Source: an uncultured bacterium
GTDB taxonomy: Bacteria > Lernaellota > Lernaellaia > Lernaellales > Lernaellaceae
DNA: 10,701 nucleotides
Assembly: GCA_964534375.1 (NCBI GenBank)
Contig: CAZHPN010000195.1
Span: 1-10,701 of the forward strand
Direction: 5' to 3'
The notes below the pieces were generated by a model, which was given only the letters and a program-made list of their open reading frames with translations, had not been told where the DNA came from and did no database searches. Within the stretch, counting starts at the first letter, position 1. Every line of letters begins with the position of its first letter. Shown in pieces: positions 7,201-10,701 of this stretch. The translations under genes were made by a program, and so were the position numbers.

Positions 7201-9681
7201 ATGATGACGGACAAACGACGATTCGACGCGCTCGTTCGCCAGGGGCCGCTCGCGCTGCTCCTCGGCGCCGTGGCGGTCTTCTTCTGGAAGACGCTCACCT
7301 TCGCCGGCGTGCTGTTTCACTGGGATTTGAGCGCGTTCAACATCCCCATTCGCGACTTCTTTTTCAAGAACGTGGCGCACGGCCGTTTTCCGCTGTGGTC
7401 GCCGCAGATTTGCGGCGGCTTTCCGCTCTTCGACGAAGGGCAGATGGGGCCGTTGTACCCGTTCAACTACGTGCTCTTCACCTGGCTGCCCGCCTGGTAT
7501 GCGCTGAACGTTTCGGCGCTGCTGCACGCGTTCGGCGGCGCGGTGGGCGCCTATCTGTATTTGAAACGGTCGCACTCGGCCGCCGCGGCGGCGATCGGGG
7601 CGATGCTCTGCATTCTGGGCGCGCCGCTCGTTTATCACCTGATCCATTTCATGTTTTTCGAAACGTTTTGCCTGTTTCCGTGGCTCTTTTTCTTCTTCGA
7701 CCGCTTCCTCGAAAAGGGGCGGATTTCGGACGTGCTGAGCGCGGCGCTCGCGCTCGGCGCGATGTTCATGACCGGCCACCAGCAAGCGCCGTTTCTCGCC
7801 GCTATCGCGTTCGGGGCTTTCGCGCTCGTGCTGGCGGCGGAGACCTGGGCCGCCGGGCGACCGCGGATCGCGGCCGAAGTCGCGCTGGCCGCGGCGGCGA
7901 TCGGCGCGCTCGCCGCGGTCATGGTCGCCGCGGTCGTTCTCGGCATGACGCACATTCTGGAACAATCGGTTCGGCACGAGGCGATGGGCGATTCGTTCCT
8001 TTACGCGTATTCGCTCGTGCCGGACGCGCTGTCGCGACTGGCCAGTCCGGCGCAGCACGGCCATTGGCGCGACCTTACCTGGCATGTGCCTGGCGTCGAG
8101 AAAGAACTGACGGTTTATCTGGGCCTCGCTGTCTGGTGCTTTCTGCCGCTGGCGCTCGTCGGCGGCGCCGCCCGGCGCGACCGGGCGCATCTGGCGGTCG
8201 CGGCCTTCGGCTTGCTCTTCATCCTGGGCAAGGCGGGGCCGTTCACCGGACTCATCGAACATGTGCCGCTGCTCAATCGCATGCGCGATCCGACCCGCTT
8301 CATCTTGCCGATGTCGCTTTCGTTCGCTTTCCTCGCGGCGTCCGGTTTCGATCGTCTCCGCCGCGTGGAGTTCGGCCGGCGCCAGGCGATCCTCTTGCTG
8401 CTGGCCGGCGCCCTGGCGTGGTGTCTGGCCGCGTGGGGCGGCGCCGTCGCGGCCTTCGGCCGAGCGGCATTCGCCGGCCCGACACCGGGCGGCGGCCTGC
8501 CCGAGGCGCTGGAAAGCACGCGCGCCGCCTTGCACGCCGATCTGATCCTGCGCAGCGGCCTCGCCGCCGTCTTGGTCGCCGCTTCGCTGTTGCTCGTGTG
8601 GTCCCGCGGCCAAAAGCCGCTCGCGCAATCGGCGCTGGCGCTCGTCATCGGCGTCGTCGTCTTCGCCGATTTGTCTACCTCCGGACGCGCGGAGAATCCG
8701 GTCGCCAGCCCCGCAATTTACCGGCCGCGGGCGACGCTCGATTTCCTCCAGCCGCGACTGGACGGCTTTCGCATCTACAATTTGGAAGGCCTGGGCGGTG
8801 GCGCGCAGGGCGGCTGGGCCGTGTTCAACCCCGACGCATTTCTGCTCGACACAATCGCGGGCCTGCCCTACGCCGCGCCGGCCCTGTACGGCATCCGCTC
8901 GTTTTCCTGCGACTCGCCGCTGGTTCTGTCCCGTCACAGTCGGGTTTTGGGGACGCCGGCCGTAAATTGGCTGCGGCAGACGTCGGTCAAATACGTGCTG
9001 CGACGCGGCGACCAGGCGCTCAGCCTCCCCAAGGCGGCGGACGCGGGCGATGTGCGAATCTTCGCGGTTCCGGATCCGGCGCCGATTTACAGCTTCGCGC
9101 GCCGTGTGACGCTCGCCGCCGGTGGCGACGCGGCCTTCGCCGCAGTAACGGCCCTCGGCGACGACGTGACAACCGCGGTGGTCGAGAGCGGCGACGAATC
9201 GCTGCTGGCGACGCCGGGCAACGGCGCCGTCCAGGTTCTGCACGAGGAACCGGATTTTCGCCGCCTGCGCGTGCGCGCCGACGGGCCGGCGTTTCTCGTG
9301 GTGCGGGAAAACTACTACCCCGGCTGGCGCGCCGCCGTCGACGGCCGGCCGACGCCGCTCTATCGGACCAACTACCTCTTCTCCGGGCTCGCGACGCCTG
9401 CCGGCGAACACGAAGTGACGCTGACTTTTCGGCCGTCCGGTTTTCGGCCGGCGATGGCCGTCAGTCTCGGTGTTTTCTTCGGCACGTTTTTGTTGGCGCT
9501 CTTCTACAGGCCCTTGCGGCGGCCCCGCCCGGCCCTCTTCGACGCGCCGTCACCGGAACGAATCGCCCGGCTGACGCTGTACGCCATCTTGGCGGTTTTC
9601 GTCGTGCTGCTCGCCGTCGCGATTCTGCGCCATCCCGCATTGTGGGATTTCTCGCACGTTCGGAGCCCGCGCTGGTTGTGA
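7201..9681 (+). CDS. YfhO-family (GT-C-like) multi-pass membrane glycosyltransferase, paralogue 2, ~826 aa
   Basis: Colinear with paralogue 1 end to end (FHWD at 7324, GRFPLWSP, FLVVRENYYPGWRAAVDGRPTPLYRTNYLFSG..PAGEHEVTLTFRP). Start at ATG 7201 or 7204 rather than TTG 7168. Confidence 0.88.
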   Translation: MMTDKRRFDALVRQGPLALLLGAVAVFFWKTLTFAGVLFHWDLSAFNIPIRDFFFKNVAHGRFPLWSPQICGGFPLFDEGQMGPLYPFNYVLFTWLPAWYALNVSALLHAFGGAVGAYLYLKRSHSAAAAAIGAMLCILGAPLVYHLIHFMFFETFCLFPWLFFFFDRFLEKGRISDVLSAALALGAMFMTGHQQAPFLAAIAFGAFALVLAAETWAAGRPRIAAEVALAAAAIGALAAVMVAAVVLGMTHILEQSVRHEAMGDSFLYAYSLVPDALSRLASPAQHGHWRDLTWHVPGVEKELTVYLGLAVWCFLPLALVGGAARRDRAHLAVAAFGLLFILGKAGPFTGLIEHVPLLNRMRDPTRFILPMSLSFAFLAASGFDRLRRVEFGRRQAILLLLAGALAWCLAAWGGAVAAFGRAAFAGPTPGGGLPEALESTRAALHADLILRSGLAAVLVAASLLLVWSRGQKPLAQSALALVIGVVVFADLSTSGRAENPVASPAIYRPRATLDFLQPRLDGFRIYNLEGLGGGAQGGWAVFNPDAFLLDTIAGLPYAAPALYGIRSFSCDSPLVLSRHSRVLGTPAVNWLRQTSVKYVLRRGDQALSLPKAADAGDVRIFAVPDPAPIYSFARRVTLAAGGDAAFAAVTALGDDVTTAVVESGDESLLATPGNGAVQVLHEEPDFRRLRVRADGPAFLVVRENYYPGWRAAVDGRPTPLYRTNYLFSGLATPAGEHEVTLTFRPSGFRPAMAVSLGVFFGTFLLALFYRPLRRPRPALFDAPSPERIARLTLYAILAVFVVLLAVAILRHPALWDFSHVRSPRWL

Positions 9682-9691
9682 CGAAATCCGG

Positions 9692-9720
9692 GTGACACCA
9701 CGGCGCGCGCGTGTTAGAAA
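9692..9720 (+). promoter_or_regulatory. Putative tRNA promoter
   Basis: GTGACA (9692-9697), 17-bp spacer, extended TG (9712-9713), TAGAAA (9715-9720), ending 27 nt before the tRNA 5' end. Confidence 0.55.
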
Positions 9721-9747
9721 AAAGGCCCTTTCGCTCTTTCGCGTCGT

Positions 9748-9821
<74 letters not shown>

Positions 9822-9829
9822 TCAAGTGC

Positions 9830-9870
9830 AAGCCCTTGAAATTGAAAGGTTTCAGGGGCTTTTCCCTTTT
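9830..9870 (+). terminator. Intrinsic terminator-like hairpin after the tRNA
   Basis: AAGCCCTTGAAA (9830-9841) pairs with TTTCAGGGGCTT (9850-9861) over 12 bp with one G-U and an 8-nt loop, followed by TTCCCTTTT. Confidence 0.75.
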
Positions 9871-9873
9871 CGC

Positions 9874-9972
9874 GGGCGTCACCTCCGTCGCCGCGCGGTT
9901 GCGCAAGTCGATCGGAACGACGCGATGGTCGTTCGTGTCGGCAACGTAGACGGTGTCGCCTTCGACCGACAG
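9874..9972 (-). pseudogene. Remnant of an NHL-repeat (beta-propeller) protein gene, one blade
   Basis: Minus strand reads LSVEGDTVYVADTNDHRVVPIDLRNRAATEVTP, matching the NHL consensus (G)L.V.G..lYVADT.NHRI..id. No preceding blades and no proper stop: the frame runs on into the terminator and antisense tRNA. Confidence 0.6.
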
Positions 9973-9997
9973 TCTTGAATATTCCACGGACGGCGCG

Positions 9998-10609
9998 CTA
10001 CGGGCGATTCGCTGCCTTCACCGCGCAACCGCGGAAGAAGCCGGGCAGCGACTCGATCGGCCCCGCGAGCGCCAGGCCGGCCGCTTCGCATTCGGCGCCG
10101 AATTGTTCGGGCGTGAAGCGATTGTCGCGCGGATGGTCGGTGAAGATCCGAAAGAGCAGGCTATCCAGCGCGCGTTTGGAAAATTCTTCGAACAGGAATT
10201 GGCCGCCGGGCTTGAGCACCCGCGCGACTTCGCGCACGGCGTTTTGCCACTCCGGCACGTGATGGATGATGGCGAAATCGAGCGCCAGATCGAACGTCGC
10301 GTCGCCGAACGGCAGGGCCGCCGCATCGGCGGTTTGCAGCCGCAGGCGTTCGCCGTAACGATCGCCCAGAATTCGCCGCGCGCGAGCGACTTGGGCCTCG
10401 TCGAGATCGAAGGCCGTCACCGCGCCGACCCCGAATTGGTCGAAGGCGATGCGCACGTCGATGCCGCGGCCGCAGCCGACGATGAGCGTCGTCGCGCCGG
10501 CCAGCGCCTTGGGGGCCAGGCGCGCCAGATGCGGCGCTTCGTACCGCCGCTGAATGGCGGCCCGGAGCGGATTGTTCATGGCCCACGTTTCAATACGATT
10601 CAGTTTCAT
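9998..10609 (-). CDS. Class I SAM-dependent methyltransferase (Methyltransf_11/UbiE-like fold), 203 aa
   Basis: LIVGCGRG, VTAFDLD, ADAAALPFGDATFDL, IIHHVPEWQNAVREVARVLKPGGQFLFEE. GAGG (10622-10619) lies 9 nt upstream of the ATG. Confidence 0.9.
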   Translation of the reverse strand: MKLNRIETWAMNNPLRAAIQRRYEAPHLARLAPKALAGATTLIVGCGRGIDVRIAFDQFGVGAVTAFDLDEAQVARARRILGDRYGERLRLQTADAAALPFGDATFDLALDFAIIHHVPEWQNAVREVARVLKPGGQFLFEEFSKRALDSLLFRIFTDHPRDNRFTPEQFGAECEAAGLALAGPIESLPGFFRGCAVKAANRP

Positions 10610-10665
10610 CGGTCTGCGCCTCGCGGGAAATAGGGATATTGCGGCAGGCGGTCAGCCGCCCGTCG

Positions 10666-10701
10666 TCATTTGTACTCGAGCCGATTGACCGCCAGCAAAT
10701 C
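10666..10701 (-). CDS. Possible 3' end of an upstream minus-strand gene (…DLLAVNRLEYK*)
   Basis: 11 codons open from the window edge to TGA at 10668-10666, on the same strand as the methyltransferase. Too short to confirm or identify. Confidence 0.3.
   Translation of the reverse strand, partial: DLLAVNRLEYK

Noticed and set aside
5542..9411. 1289-aa minus-strand ORF, and the 422-aa ORF at 4258-5526
   Set aside because: Antisense shadows of the two GC-rich YfhO genes. Their internal repetition mirrors the gene duplication, and they show no recognisable motifs.

Overview
GC-rich bacterial chromosomal window with three parts. (1) The 3' end of a glycogen-to-trehalose operon: treY, cut by the window edge, followed by treZ. 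(2) An apparently separately promoted cell-envelope glycosylation locus: a DPM1/Ppm1-like GT2 glycosyltransferase fused to a class I SAM methyltransferase, a ~340-bp composite intergenic repeat (two ~143-150-bp units, each a modular inverted repeat plus heptamer tracts), and two tandem ~825-aa YfhO-like (GT-C) membrane protein paralogues. (3) A tRNA-Arg gene with the uncommon UCG anticodon and no encoded CCA, its terminator-like hairpin, a minus-strand NHL-repeat gene remnant, and a convergent SAM methyltransferase. The best candidate for an undescribed system is the GT2-methyltransferase plus twin GT-C module, which may transfer a methylated, lipid-linked sugar. The modular repeat element is the best non-coding candidate. 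All calls come from reading motifs by eye; no searches were run.
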